Assembly (NCBI GenBank): GCA_964537975.1
Contig: CAZIDP010000003.1
Coordinates: forward strand, 74,182-138,181
Length of the DNA stretch: 64,000 nucleotides
Direction: 5' to 3'
Source: an uncultured Nitrospirales bacterium
GTDB lineage: Bacteria; Hydrogenedentota; Hydrogenedentia; Hydrogenedentales; SCBR16-9
Shown piece after piece: positions 22,353 to 32,526 of this stretch. Positions within the stretch are counted from its first letter, which is position 1. Each line of letters begins with the position of its first letter. A model generated the notes under the pieces. That model saw only the letters and a list, made by a program, of their open reading frames with translations, did not search any database and was not told the DNA's origin. The translations under genes were made by a program, and so were the position numbers.

Positions 22353-24710
22353 ATGATTAATCTCGCTGAAAATATATCACGATCTCAGAAAGTTTTTTGT
22401 GCATTATTGTGGATCGTTTTGGCTGTTTCATGCTCCGAACGGACTGTGTTTGCAGCAGATCATTCGTTTCTATTATTGGAGCAGACAACCAATCTTGTCG
22501 GTGCTGCGGAACGTCTTTACATGTTGGAAATGCGATCTGGTGAAATAGCATCAAATCCTATGCCATTGCATGGTACAGAACCAATTGGTGATATCATACT
22601 TACAGAAAGTGGGAGGTATGGTGTCATTACAACCGGTTTGCCCTGGTTCGGTGAAGCTCCTTCTTTGCAACATACCTGGACATACACAACAGCTTTTGAA
22701 ACTAAACCTTTACGCGCCATTAAACAACCTCCATTTTTGGGTGAGACCGGTATACGCACTGTAATTTCCGAGATTCATGAACGGCAAAATGTCTTCCCCC
22801 CGGAATGGATTTTCATGACGCAGGGAACTGATGACAGGGGACAGGGAAAGGGGGAGTTAGGGCTGCTTTCTAATTTTAATGGTGGTTTTGAAACACATCA
22901 TGATATTCCAGGGCAACCCCTTCAGTTGCTATTGCTTCCTGAATCCAATAGCATTCCGGAACAAGTGGCTGTGTTATATCGGCATACAGATACACGCGCG
23001 CCGATGCTGCGTATCTTGTCACCAGAAACAGGCTTGATTTATATTGAACACGCCATACAAGATAAATTAGAAATAAACGGTAAGACCGAGATAGCGCAAA
23101 TAAGCATCTCATCTGATGGCCTTCATATTTGGGTTGCTGTTTCCGGTTTTGATCTTACCCGTACCGGGGAGTTCGCAGTTACATGGGTTGCCGCGTATGA
23201 ATATCTCGCTGATCAATGGACAACCCCAGTCCAGATTACAGGTATGGCATTTGGCAACACACCTGTACTCTATCCATCAGGAACAACTGCAAGCTGGATC
23301 ACAACGCGGTTACCTGGCGCTCAGTTTGGCTATGTTGTTTTACTTGAATTATCGCACAACACAGGTCAAGTAAAAGCATTACATAAAGTTGAACAATATG
23401 CGCTCACCAATATTGATGCACCAATTTTATTGTCAGTGAACACCAGATCGAAGGATGTTGCAGTCGCCTGGGGGAACCGACTGGAAATATGGCCAGACGG
23501 TAAGCGAGGAGCATTGGAAAGTAACCATTTCCAGACAGATGTTGATTTTATACAATTGCTGCGTTCCGAAAACGAATTATTCGCGCTAACCCAACAAACG
23601 TTATATCACTTGGATTCTAATACAAATCGTCTATCTGAAGTATATGTTTCAAACAATAGAAATTTGGTGAGGGCAATACCCCTTCCAAAAGGCAATGGAG
23701 AGGTATATTGGGACATTGAAGACAACGACAGATCAGTGCAATTAAATACTCCTGCTACCTTACATTTTCGCGGTGAAGCGGCTGGTCGCGAACTGCAAGA
23801 AATCCATATTCATCCGGTAGGACCAGGTGCCGCTGAAGCAATTTGGCGCATTCATTATGATCAGGAAGCCATGCCCTGGTTGCGCTTACATCCACGTTCA
23901 GGACGGGGGTCAGGATTTGTCTACACAGGTATTGACCCCGGTTTGTATGAACCAGAGAAACCGCTTCAAGGGCTCCTGGAGGTGACACTTGAGGCTCCGG
24001 ACGATACACTTTTTATAACAAATTCACCATCCTATATTGTTATACAAGTGTCACCACCGGCATCTTCTGTTTTGCGTGTACTTTGGGTATGGCCTGAAGA
24101 ATCCAATGTTGGATTTCGTTCAACCAAGGACCCTTGGTCAATGAAAAAACTGGGTGATATGCTCGCGGCAGCACCACATTACATGTCACATCGTGAAGTA
24201 TTTGGATCCTTCCAGGATAGCCTGTCTCCATATGCCATAGTGGTCATCGGTATACGTGCAGCTTTGGCAGGGGGATTAACGCGCCAAGCACTTCTGGAAT
24301 ATGTACAGGCAGGAGGTGCTTTGTTTTTAATAGGTGAATATTTAGAAGATACTGTGGACCCGGCCTTACAACGTTGGCTTGGTGGTGTTGGAATACAAAT
24401 TCATGCAGAATCCTCTGTTGAAGATAAAATAGGTACCATTGATGTAGCCCAGGAAATTGTGCTTCCCTGGTCTGAACAATTAACTGTGCAGGGGTGTCTT
24501 ATACAAGCCAGTGCACCCGTGATACAATTTTCTGCAATGTCCGATTCCAACATTTCGTTATTTTCTGCTGCTGAATATGGCTTGGGGCGTGTTGCTGTAT
24601 TGGCAGGTCCCACACCACTCGAAAGCAGTGTTGTGCAAAATGAAGCTAACCGTCGATTTGCTGAATCCCTGTTTCGTTGGTTGTCACGTGCCGGAATGGA
24701 TGGCGAGTAA
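22353..24710 (+). CDS. Large secreted hypothetical protein, C-terminal domain possibly class-I glutamine-amidotransferase-like (ThuA/DUF4159-type)
   Basis: 785 aa with a signal peptide (LLWIVLAVSCSERTVFA). The C-terminal segment (YAIVVIGIRAALAGGLTRQALLEYVQAGGALFLIGEY) resembles a GATase1-like fold. No recognizable catalytic motif is seen. Confidence 0.45.
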   Translation: MINLAENISRSQKVFCALLWIVLAVSCSERTVFAADHSFLLLEQTTNLVGAAERLYMLEMRSGEIASNPMPLHGTEPIGDIILTESGRYGVITTGLPWFGEAPSLQHTWTYTTAFETKPLRAIKQPPFLGETGIRTVISEIHERQNVFPPEWIFMTQGTDDRGQGKGELGLLSNFNGGFETHHDIPGQPLQLLLLPESNSIPEQVAVLYRHTDTRAPMLRILSPETGLIYIEHAIQDKLEINGKTEIAQISISSDGLHIWVAVSGFDLTRTGEFAVTWVAAYEYLADQWTTPVQITGMAFGNTPVLYPSGTTASWITTRLPGAQFGYVVLLELSHNTGQVKALHKVEQYALTNIDAPILLSVNTRSKDVAVAWGNRLEIWPDGKRGALESNHFQTDVDFIQLLRSENELFALTQQTLYHLDSNTNRLSEVYVSNNRNLVRAIPLPKGNGEVYWDIEDNDRSVQLNTPATLHFRGEAAGRELQEIHIHPVGPGAAEAIWRIHYDQEAMPWLRLHPRSGRGSGFVYTGIDPGLYEPEKPLQGLLEVTLEAPDDTLFITNSPSYIVIQVSPPASSVLRVLWVWPEESNVGFRSTKDPWSMKKLGDMLAAAPHYMSHREVFGSFQDSLSPYAIVVIGIRAALAGGLTRQALLEYVQAGGALFLIGEYLEDTVDPALQRWLGGVGIQIHAESSVEDKIGTIDVAQEIVLPWSEQLTVQGCLIQASAPVIQFSAMSDSNISLFSAAEYGLGRVAVLAGPTPLESSVVQNEANRRFAESLFRWLSRAGMDGE

Positions 24711-26384
24711 TTAAAAGCGACGACTCCATAGTATCGAAAATATTAGAAATGAACCTACTATTCCAGCAAAGATGAATCCAGCCATTCCGAGTCGGTATAT
24801 TGGGCTGCCAACATTTATGAGCAAGCTTGACCCTACAATAATGGCGGCAATTATAATACCCACCGTAATTCTACTGCTGGCACGATCAATGGTCGCTGCG
24901 AGGTTTTCCAGGTGCTCATGATGTACTTGGACTTTTAATTTGCCTCGGCGCAATTGACGAAACATGAACGAGACATCACCCGGTATTTCAGAGCCACTAC
25001 GGGCCATGTCACGCAATGTATCCCAAGTGTCCTTGACAACGTAACGTGGTATGTAACGACGCTCAATCAGTCTCTCAACATATGGCTGGATAATTGGAAC
25101 CATATTCATATGCGGGTCTAGAGTCTGACCAACAGTTTCAATGGTTGCTAACGCCTTCACGAGCAAAGAAAAGCGTGGCGCCAGCTCGATTTGATGACTA
25201 CGCAAAATTTGTGTTGCACGATCAATACCTTTTGCTACCTGGCCACCGCCTACGATAGTCTGGGCCTCAAAAGCGATGTACTCAGCAATTTCCTGTTCAA
25301 GCGCTTGAAGGTTTTCCGGTTCACTGTCTTGGGTCAATCGTAAAATCGCCCGCACGCATTCACTGGACTTTTTATTAAAAATAGCCAACAGAAGATCTGC
25401 AATGATGATTGCATCTTTTGATTCTATGTGTCCGGCCATTCCAAAATCCAGAAAGGCCAATTTGTTGTCATAGGTTATAAAAATATTTCCAGGATGTGGA
25501 TCTGCATGGAACAAGTGATGTTCAAACACCATCTTACACAACACATCGCAGCCTATTTCCGCGATTTTTGTTGTGTCGCAACGTCTCTCTGCGTAGTGCT
25601 CCACCTTGTCTACTCGAATTCCATCAACCCAGTCCATAAGCATAACTTGATGTGTCGATAGTTCCAAAAAAACACGGGGCACAATTACACGATCATCTTC
25701 TTCAAAATTTCTACGAAATTGATCGATGACACGTGCTTCAATAGTAAAATCCAGTTCTCTTCGGATAGAACGGGAAAATTCATCCACAATGCCTATGGGA
25801 TCAAACCAGTGTGCTTCTTCTGAGTGGTCTGTAAGCCAACCAGCAATTTGCTCCATAAGGCTGAGATCAGATTCAATTATTTTCACAATACCCGGGCGCT
25901 GTATTTTTAATGCAACAGCTTCACCGGTCTTTAATACACCACGGTATACCTGGCTGATTGACGCTGAAGCTATCGGTTTTTCATCCAATTGAGAAAATAT
26001 GCGATGATAATCACCACCCAAAGCTTCTTCAAGTACAGGACATATGGATTCAAAAGGAAGAACATCTACTTTGTCTTGAAGCAGGCTGAGCTCTTGGGCA
26101 ATAGTATGACTGACCAAGTCCGGGCGGGTGCTTAATATCTGTCCAAATTTTATAAAAGTAGGACCAAGCTCAACCAGAGCGGTACGCAAACGTTCGCCAA
26201 AAGTTTCTGGTGCTCCGGGCCGTGCTTTCAATAAGCGTAATCGCCGTAGCATTTGGGCTGGCAGTCCTTTTTGGAAACCAGCCCGTCGAAGCAAATCGGC
26301 GAATCCATGCCGAATCATCACCTGTAACACTTCTGCAAATCGTACAGCATTTACTGTTCGACGACCTAGCCGTGTGTAATGCAC
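24711..26384 (-). CDS. ubiB: ABC1/UbiB-family atypical kinase
   Basis: 557 aa with the ADCK/UbiB kinase core (LKIQRPGIVKIIESDL, HADPHPGNIFI, DFGMAG) and C-terminal TM helices. Confidence 0.85.
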   Translation of the reverse strand: MHYTRLGRRTVNAVRFAEVLQVMIRHGFADLLRRAGFQKGLPAQMLRRLRLLKARPGAPETFGERLRTALVELGPTFIKFGQILSTRPDLVSHTIAQELSLLQDKVDVLPFESICPVLEEALGGDYHRIFSQLDEKPIASASISQVYRGVLKTGEAVALKIQRPGIVKIIESDLSLMEQIAGWLTDHSEEAHWFDPIGIVDEFSRSIRRELDFTIEARVIDQFRRNFEEDDRVIVPRVFLELSTHQVMLMDWVDGIRVDKVEHYAERRCDTTKIAEIGCDVLCKMVFEHHLFHADPHPGNIFITYDNKLAFLDFGMAGHIESKDAIIIADLLLAIFNKKSSECVRAILRLTQDSEPENLQALEQEIAEYIAFEAQTIVGGGQVAKGIDRATQILRSHQIELAPRFSLLVKALATIETVGQTLDPHMNMVPIIQPYVERLIERRYIPRYVVKDTWDTLRDMARSGSEIPGDVSFMFRQLRRGKLKVQVHHEHLENLAATIDRASSRITVGIIIAAIIVGSSLLINVGSPIYRLGMAGFIFAGIVGSFLIFSILWSRRF

Positions 26385-26492
26385 GTGCTTCTCCCTGTAA
26401 CTGTCTATATTTGAATTCTAAATAATCTGGCTTCTAGTTTTTTAGGTGATTTGCCAGCAAGAAACAGACTTCATAGCATCAACTGCTTAAAA

Positions 26493-28082
26493 TCAACGTG
26501 CGGCAAAAAGTGTTTCATATATTTGGCGATTACGGGAATTAGGACTTCCCATCAACTCTACCGGACCTGGCCAGGCACGCATGGACTCAACTATCTCGGT
26601 AGACAATCCATTCAGGCTGTCTGCCTGGAGTCTGACCGGGCCAGGTGTAACAGCATAAGTCGACATATGTTTAATGATTCGTCCTACATTGTTCCAGTCC
26701 AGAATCTCCGGGTTGATGACCAATGAAGCCGTGGGCAAAATTGACTTATCTGCAGCAAATGAGCGTGCGTGAGTAAATGCCAAGTGGTCTGCTTGTGAAC
26801 GGGTCATGTTAAATTTTACCAACAGAGAATCTGGAATATGTGAAGCTTCAATCACTATAAAATCGAATCCCCAGCCAAGAATGGTCTTTATTCGAGATTC
26901 ATACAAAGCCAGTGCATTTTGATCGCTTAAATTCAACCAAGCCTGTCCATCATCAGATAGCATAACCCCCGAGGATTCACTACTTTTTATTGTAAGTGGG
27001 TCGATTATAATGCCGGGCGAAACCTTTGCGTCCCGTAATGATTTGGCGGCTTGTGCCATATTTCGAGGGAACAAAGGTGTTGCGCCTTCTAAAGAGCCTG
27101 GAATGCCTTCCCAATTACCTGGTATAAGTGCATGGCGTATTCCATAGGGCCGCCAGGCTTCAGTCTGCCGTAACAAGGTATCCAAACCTTCATTATCTTG
27201 TACAGCGATCCATACCGGAGGCGCTTTTGCAAGAATACTGTTAGTACCTAGCGTACTGAAAAACCAGGAATAGTTTAAATCAACATTATCACGGTCCGGG
27301 TCTCCAAATGATAGCCATATGGCATCGGAAACCAGACTTTCACCTGGCTTCAACGGGTAATTCGGCTCATATACACAACTGATTTCTCCCATCCAGGTTC
27401 CGCCATGAGGTTGGAAATCAATTCCAGATCGCGCTTCTCCCCGAGGTAAGATTCCCATGGCAAGTAATATTTCTCGATCCGGTTCATGAAACAGCGTCAA
27501 CATAGATTGTTGGCCCTGATCGAAAATTGGCGAACCACCTCGAACATGAACATTTTGGTGATGAATCTTAGCTGTGGTATCACGTAAGTGAACTGCACCA
27601 GGTTGGAAAACAACCGGGTTCAGCTTTTGTATAGGAATAATATCTTGCGAGACATTATCCACCCGTAAGGTAATCATTTGAAAGCCACGATCCTTAAAAC
27701 TTGTGATACTATGGTTGATTTGGAGACCGTCCAGTGGTGGAAATACGACATTAAAATTGGTTCCAGGACTACGTTCATGGTCAAAATTAACTCTGTGTGC
27801 GTCTGCCCTTTCGAGGTGGTCTGCTCTTATGATCGTACCACTGCCCAACGTTACCGAAAATCCTACTTCTTCAACTACCGGGGTGCCAGTTTTGTCATTA
27901 AGAGTCCAGGCAGCATCCTCTTCACAATACAATATCGAACCGGTCGCAGTTCGAAAGGTATAATGATTGCGTAAAGTCCAAGGAAGTTTTTCTGGAAGTG
28001 GTTGGGCTACTAATGTGTGGTTAGGAAACAACAGAAAAACAACAAGAATCAAGATAACTCCTGTTATAATTCTGTGCTTCAT
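26493..28082 (-). CDS. Secreted hypothetical protein (possible TIM-barrel glycosidase-like)
   Basis: The internal Met (MKHRIITGVILILVVFLLF..AQ) gives a clean signal peptide, so the start was trimmed by arithmetic from the track ORF 26493..28166. The function is not recognisable by eye. Confidence 0.45.
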   Translation of the reverse strand: MKHRIITGVILILVVFLLFPNHTLVAQPLPEKLPWTLRNHYTFRTATGSILYCEEDAAWTLNDKTGTPVVEEVGFSVTLGSGTIIRADHLERADAHRVNFDHERSPGTNFNVVFPPLDGLQINHSITSFKDRGFQMITLRVDNVSQDIIPIQKLNPVVFQPGAVHLRDTTAKIHHQNVHVRGGSPIFDQGQQSMLTLFHEPDREILLAMGILPRGEARSGIDFQPHGGTWMGEISCVYEPNYPLKPGESLVSDAIWLSFGDPDRDNVDLNYSWFFSTLGTNSILAKAPPVWIAVQDNEGLDTLLRQTEAWRPYGIRHALIPGNWEGIPGSLEGATPLFPRNMAQAAKSLRDAKVSPGIIIDPLTIKSSESSGVMLSDDGQAWLNLSDQNALALYESRIKTILGWGFDFIVIEASHIPDSLLVKFNMTRSQADHLAFTHARSFAADKSILPTASLVINPEILDWNNVGRIIKHMSTYAVTPGPVRLQADSLNGLSTEIVESMRAWPGPVELMGSPNSRNRQIYETLFAAR

Positions 28083-28409
28083 CAATGCACATGGATTTAT
28101 CAAGTCACGTGAATTACTTTCCTGGAATTTGAAAAATTGCAAGATATTCAACGGAAAAGTCAGCATTTTTGATCTCCGAACTTAATAATTTGGGGTACTT
28201 GGTTAACAGAGGTTATAATTAAATGGAATTTTTTGATTCTTTAATCAGCGCAACATTAATGCCGATTATACACGAAATCTGGTAATTCAATAAAGAATAA
28301 CGCTAGATATCGTAGTACTTACCAAAATTTTACTTTAGTCTTCCATTTACATATTTTCAGATACAGGTACTTGGCAATAAGTTAATGATTTATCATAGAC
28401 AGGAGCAAT

Positions 28410-29024
28410 ATGAATCTTCCAAATAAATTGACTGTGGCACGTTGCATTATGACGATTGTATTTGTAGGCTTGATGTCATGTGGGCATGTCGTAAGCACAT
28501 TTGTGGCTTATCTTGTATTCATCGCTGCATCTGTAACAGATTATTATGATGGGAAAATTGCACGTGAGCGCAATCTGGTAACTAACTTTGGTAAACTGCT
28601 AGACCCCGTTGCAGACAAATTGTTATTAATTTCCGCTTTTATCATGCTGATGGAAATTCCCGAATTGCGTGTTCCGGGCTGGTCAGTAATTATAATTCTG
28701 GCACGTGAATTTCTGGTTACTGGAGCCAGATCAATTGCTGCAGCTGAAGGTGAAGTCATTGCGGCAAATCAATGGGGAAAGACAAAAACAGTTCTCCAGA
28801 TGATATATGTTTTTACTTTTTTGTTGATGGCATTGGTGATTCAAGCACTTGAACAAATGCATATCCTGGCAAATTTGGACAACGAAACTACAGTTATTGT
28901 TTTGAATGTTATTCGCCAGGCTTCTTTTATTGGAATCCTACTTGTAGCTGCGTTTACAGTGCATTCAGGTATTCAGTTTGCCTGGGCAAATCGCAAGCTT
29001 TTTAACATGGACTCATGCAAATAA
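28410..29024 (+). CDS. pgsA: CDP-diacylglycerol--glycerol-3-phosphate 3-phosphatidyltransferase
   Basis: The MNLPNKLTVAR start and the CDP-alcohol phosphatidyltransferase motif DYYDGKIAR...GKLLDPVADKLL are both present. Confidence 0.85.
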   Translation: MNLPNKLTVARCIMTIVFVGLMSCGHVVSTFVAYLVFIAASVTDYYDGKIARERNLVTNFGKLLDPVADKLLLISAFIMLMEIPELRVPGWSVIIILAREFLVTGARSIAAAEGEVIAANQWGKTKTVLQMIYVFTFLLMALVIQALEQMHILANLDNETTVIVLNVIRQASFIGILLVAAFTVHSGIQFAWANRKLFNMDSCK

Positions 29025-29221
29025 ACTAATTTATGATACACCTTGGAAACGCTTCTTAGGCTCTATCGCCCAATATTGTTAATCATATTTCATAATTATG
29101 ACCTCATGAACATGATAGCAATTCTGTAACCAGTTATTGATCTTAATTTATTTTACTGCTTATAAAATCGATTAAAATTTATCATTTGCAATTTAGTAAC
29201 AAACATTCAGGTAACGACCAG

Positions 29222-30346
29222 ATGAAAAGCTATGCTCCCTCCAAAGTTATCGTGGACTTAAACGCCTATGCCTCAAACTTACATGCAATCCAGGGAATAA
29301 TTGGAGAAAAATCACGTATTATCGCTGTTGTAAAAGCAGATGCTTACGGGCACGGGTTAATTCCGATTGCTCGTAAAGCGGTTGAAGCCGGGGTGTCAAT
29401 GTTAGCGGTTGCCCATGTTGATGAAGGTATATGTTTAAGAGAAGCAGGTATCAAAACACCTGTTCTAGTAATGTTGCAGTGTTCGCCTGATGCCTTGGCT
29501 GCCATCGTCGAATACAACCTTACCTTGACAGTTTCTGATATCGCCACTGCTGAGTTGTTGGGTAGTTTGGCGCAACGTGCAGACAGTGTCGCATCAATTC
29601 ATTGCAAAGTTGATACGGGAATGGGGCGGCAAGGATTTTTGCTGGAAAGTGCAGTGGAAGATATTCAATATCTTACACGTATTTCCCATTTAGACATAGA
29701 AGGTATTTCCAGTCACTTTTCTAATGCTGAAATTCCAGACGATAGTTATACACAAGGTCAAATTCGTGCGTTTCGACAACTATTAAAAGTTCTTGACAAA
29801 GTAGGCATTCCGTATGAAACATCTCATATTGCCAATAGCGCGGGCATAATTAATCATACCGGAAGTTTGCTGGACCTGGTACGTCCCGGGTTGTTGACTT
29901 ATGGAATCTGGCCTACTGACCGAATTCCCGAATACACTCCTATCAAACCTGTGCTTCGCTGGTTGAGCCGGGTTACTCAGATTAGGCAGCTCTCTGCTGG
30001 TGCTTCCATAGGCTATGGACGCACATTCACGACTAGTGCGCCAATGCGGGTTGCCGTAATACCTGTAGGATATGGCGATGGTTATCTTCATAGCCTTTCC
30101 AACTGTGCGGAAGTGTTGATTCATGGGCGCCGTTGCGCGGTAAGGGGTAAAGTGAGTATGGACCAGATTGTAGTTGATGTTACCCAGATATCGGGTATTA
30201 AATCTGGTGATGTCGTTACCCTTATCGGGCCTGATGCCCAGGAACAGATAAGAGTTGAAAACTTGGCCAAATGGGCAAACACGATTCCCTACGAAATTGT
30301 TACCCGAATTGGAAACAGGGTTAAGAGAGAATACATTGGACTCTGA
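29222..30346 (+). CDS. alr: Alanine racemase
   Basis: The PLP-lysine motif AVVKADAYGHG is present, with a two-domain racemase layout. The track ORF starts at TTG 29186. The ATG at 29222 with an upstream AGGT is preferred. Confidence 0.85.
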   Translation: MKSYAPSKVIVDLNAYASNLHAIQGIIGEKSRIIAVVKADAYGHGLIPIARKAVEAGVSMLAVAHVDEGICLREAGIKTPVLVMLQCSPDALAAIVEYNLTLTVSDIATAELLGSLAQRADSVASIHCKVDTGMGRQGFLLESAVEDIQYLTRISHLDIEGISSHFSNAEIPDDSYTQGQIRAFRQLLKVLDKVGIPYETSHIANSAGIINHTGSLLDLVRPGLLTYGIWPTDRIPEYTPIKPVLRWLSRVTQIRQLSAGASIGYGRTFTTSAPMRVAVIPVGYGDGYLHSLSNCAEVLIHGRRCAVRGKVSMDQIVVDVTQISGIKSGDVVTLIGPDAQEQIRVENLAKWANTIPYEIVTRIGNRVKREYIGL

Positions 30347-30418
30347 GAATGATATAAAATTGCATCGTTTGTTAAAAGTACCTCAATTCAATGTCAGATA
30401 ATTCAGTTCGGATAATTT

Positions 30419-30940
30419 ATGGCGCATTTTCGTTATTATATAGATGGATACAATATTCTACATAAATCTCGATTATTGCGCCCCCTTGTTAACATTGATT
30501 TTGAGTCGGCCAGGGAAGGCTTGATCGATAAAGTTGCGATGTTGTGCATGTCTTCTGGCAGGCATGCCACCATAGTTTTTGATGGGCAAGGATTACATAA
30601 TCCAGAAGTTATGCCACATGATCGTGGCGTTCCCCATCTTAAGGTAATGTATTCTCCCAGTAATCATACCGCGGATACCATCATTGAACGTATAGTCTAC
30701 AAATTACCCAACCGACTTGAAGCAGTTGTTGTTTCAAATGATAGAGGTTTACGTGATGCATGCCGTCACATGGGCGCTTTGGTAATGGATGCAGATAATT
30801 TTTTGGAAACAGTACAAGCCAGCCGGCAATCTATAAGCAGTAGCTTGGTACGACACCGACGAACATCTCCTAACCATCTTGAACAACGACTGGATGAAAG
30901 TTCACTTAACTATCTGAATACATTGAAGAAGAAACTATAA
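30419..30940 (+). CDS. NYN-domain (YacP/Rae1-like) putative ribonuclease
   Basis: 173 aa. The N-terminal YIDGYNIL matches the YacP-like LxDGYN signature of PIN-like NYN domains. Confidence 0.5.
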   Translation: MAHFRYYIDGYNILHKSRLLRPLVNIDFESAREGLIDKVAMLCMSSGRHATIVFDGQGLHNPEVMPHDRGVPHLKVMYSPSNHTADTIIERIVYKLPNRLEAVVVSNDRGLRDACRHMGALVMDADNFLETVQASRQSISSSLVRHRRTSPNHLEQRLDESSLNYLNTLKKKL

Positions 30941-30959
30941 ATTACGGTGTTCATGATTT

Positions 30960-31910
30960 TTATTTATTCTGAAGCTCTCCGGATAGCTGTTCATCAAACC
31001 AGTTCACCATGTCCAGAATTTGTACTGGAAGGGTAATCCAGTTGTGTCCCACGCCTTTAATTTCCTGGTAATTTACGTCAGTATTTAACTGACGCAATGC
31101 CTGAACCAATTTTCTCGATTGTGTCACTGGCACTATCAAGTCAGCATCTCCATGTACAATAAAAAACGGGGGGTGATTTCCACGTACTAAATGTACAGGT
31201 GAAAGAGACGCTACACGTTTTCTGATGGATGCAATAACTTTTGGTGATTTTGCTTCACTAAAAAACAAATCCCAGTAATCTGGAGCGAAATCAAGAAAAT
31301 TCTGGCCATCCCAATCAAGAAAATCTGTTGGGGGGAAAAACAAAGCAACAGCCGCAACCGAGGTGTCATATTGTAAAATCGAATCTTGACTGCCTGTAAT
31401 GGCTGCCTGTGGTTCAAGAGCGGTTAAAGCTGCCAGATGCCCTCCAGCGGAGGCGCCAAATATGCCAAGTTTCTCAGAATCTATATCCCATTGCTCAGCA
31501 TGTGACTTGATATAGCGAATGGCTACCCGAATGTGATCAAGCATTTCAAGAAGGGAGTAATCTGGTCGGCTACCAGGACGAACCGCAAATACTGTATATC
31601 CTCTTGCACACAATAAATTATACACATGTGCATTTTCGTGTGGATTGAAGCGGCTTCGGTCAGACCGCCAGGAACCACTGACAATTTGTATTATCCCAAA
31701 GCCTTTTCCCTGGGTACCAGGTTGATAATAAGTTGGCGCCGTTCCTGCAGGTGTGAAGATATCCATATAAAAGTGCTGGTTGTTAATTGTGGCATAACTA
31801 TGGTCTATTTCCCGATGATAGACCATAGCTTCTTCAGCAGCTAATGAAAAATTCTGCGTTATACCATATATAAATATTGTTACAAGAAATAACAGTCTAC
31901 GAAGCAGCAT
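30960..31910 (-). CDS. Secreted alpha/beta-hydrolase (esterase/lipase)
   Basis: Signal peptide is present. The nucleophile elbow is GASAGGHLAA. A His-containing C-terminal motif (HGDADLIVP...GVGHNW) is also present. Confidence 0.7.
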   Translation of the reverse strand: MLLRRLLFLVTIFIYGITQNFSLAAEEAMVYHREIDHSYATINNQHFYMDIFTPAGTAPTYYQPGTQGKGFGIIQIVSGSWRSDRSRFNPHENAHVYNLLCARGYTVFAVRPGSRPDYSLLEMLDHIRVAIRYIKSHAEQWDIDSEKLGIFGASAGGHLAALTALEPQAAITGSQDSILQYDTSVAAVALFFPPTDFLDWDGQNFLDFAPDYWDLFFSEAKSPKVIASIRKRVASLSPVHLVRGNHPPFFIVHGDADLIVPVTQSRKLVQALRQLNTDVNYQEIKGVGHNWITLPVQILDMVNWFDEQLSGELQNK

Positions 31911-32104
31911 GATAATATCAATTATCCAAGTGTTAATGTCATAAACGCAAATTGAATATCGTCCAATATAAAGTACTATGTCATAGGAAACAAGAATTTG
32001 GCAAACCTGTTTTAGCGCATACCAAATAGAAATCAGCCTGAAAGTCTATAAAAAATGCCTGATCATAATGAAGTGAAGGGTTCTCCAAAATGACCAGGCG
32101 ACGT

Positions 32105-32255
32105 GATGCGTCGCATCAAAAGAATTATGTGAGGGGTATAAACGATATGTCGAAATGCATGCCCTGCGTTTATTCGGTATTGGAGGGGGGAGGGGAGACG
32201 ATACCGAATAAACGCAACGACACACTTTACCGACGCAGCATTCTTTGATGCGACG
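32105..32255. repeat. Nested inverted-repeat structured element with G-rich loop
   Basis: There is a perfect 15-bp inverted repeat: gcgtttattcggtat (32166-32180) and ataccgaataaacgc (32201-32215). It flanks a 20-nt G-tract loop, tggaggggggaggggagacg. It is enclosed by an outer ~13-bp inverted repeat: cgtcgcatcaaaag (32109-32122) and ctttgatgcgacg (32243-32255). A local palindrome gatgcgtcgcatc is also present. Confidence 0.5.
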
Positions 32256-32526
32256 AAATGAAAGCATTGTATCCGTCAAACGGATAAGCACAAATTCGTA
32301 GTACCGATTAAATTTTTTTGCGGTTGTGAATTGACTGACTTCTTTTCCGCAGGTGGCCTTCTTAATTGCCACACTTATATTTTACCATGTTTATTAAAAA
32401 TTTGTGTATGAAAAGAAAGTATTTCTACTATTTTGTTTATTACCGGAAAAAAAGTAGCAGCAGAAGATTATTATACTAAGGTGTCGTTATTACCCTGATT
32501 AAATGATGTCATAAACGTTGATGTGA

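Noticed and set aside
32046-32372. 108-aa ORF on the minus strand
   Set aside because: It coincides with the nested inverted-repeat/G-tract element. Its composition (CVGKVCRCVYSVSSPLPPPIPNKRRACI) is dictated by the palindromes, and it has no RBS or family resemblance.
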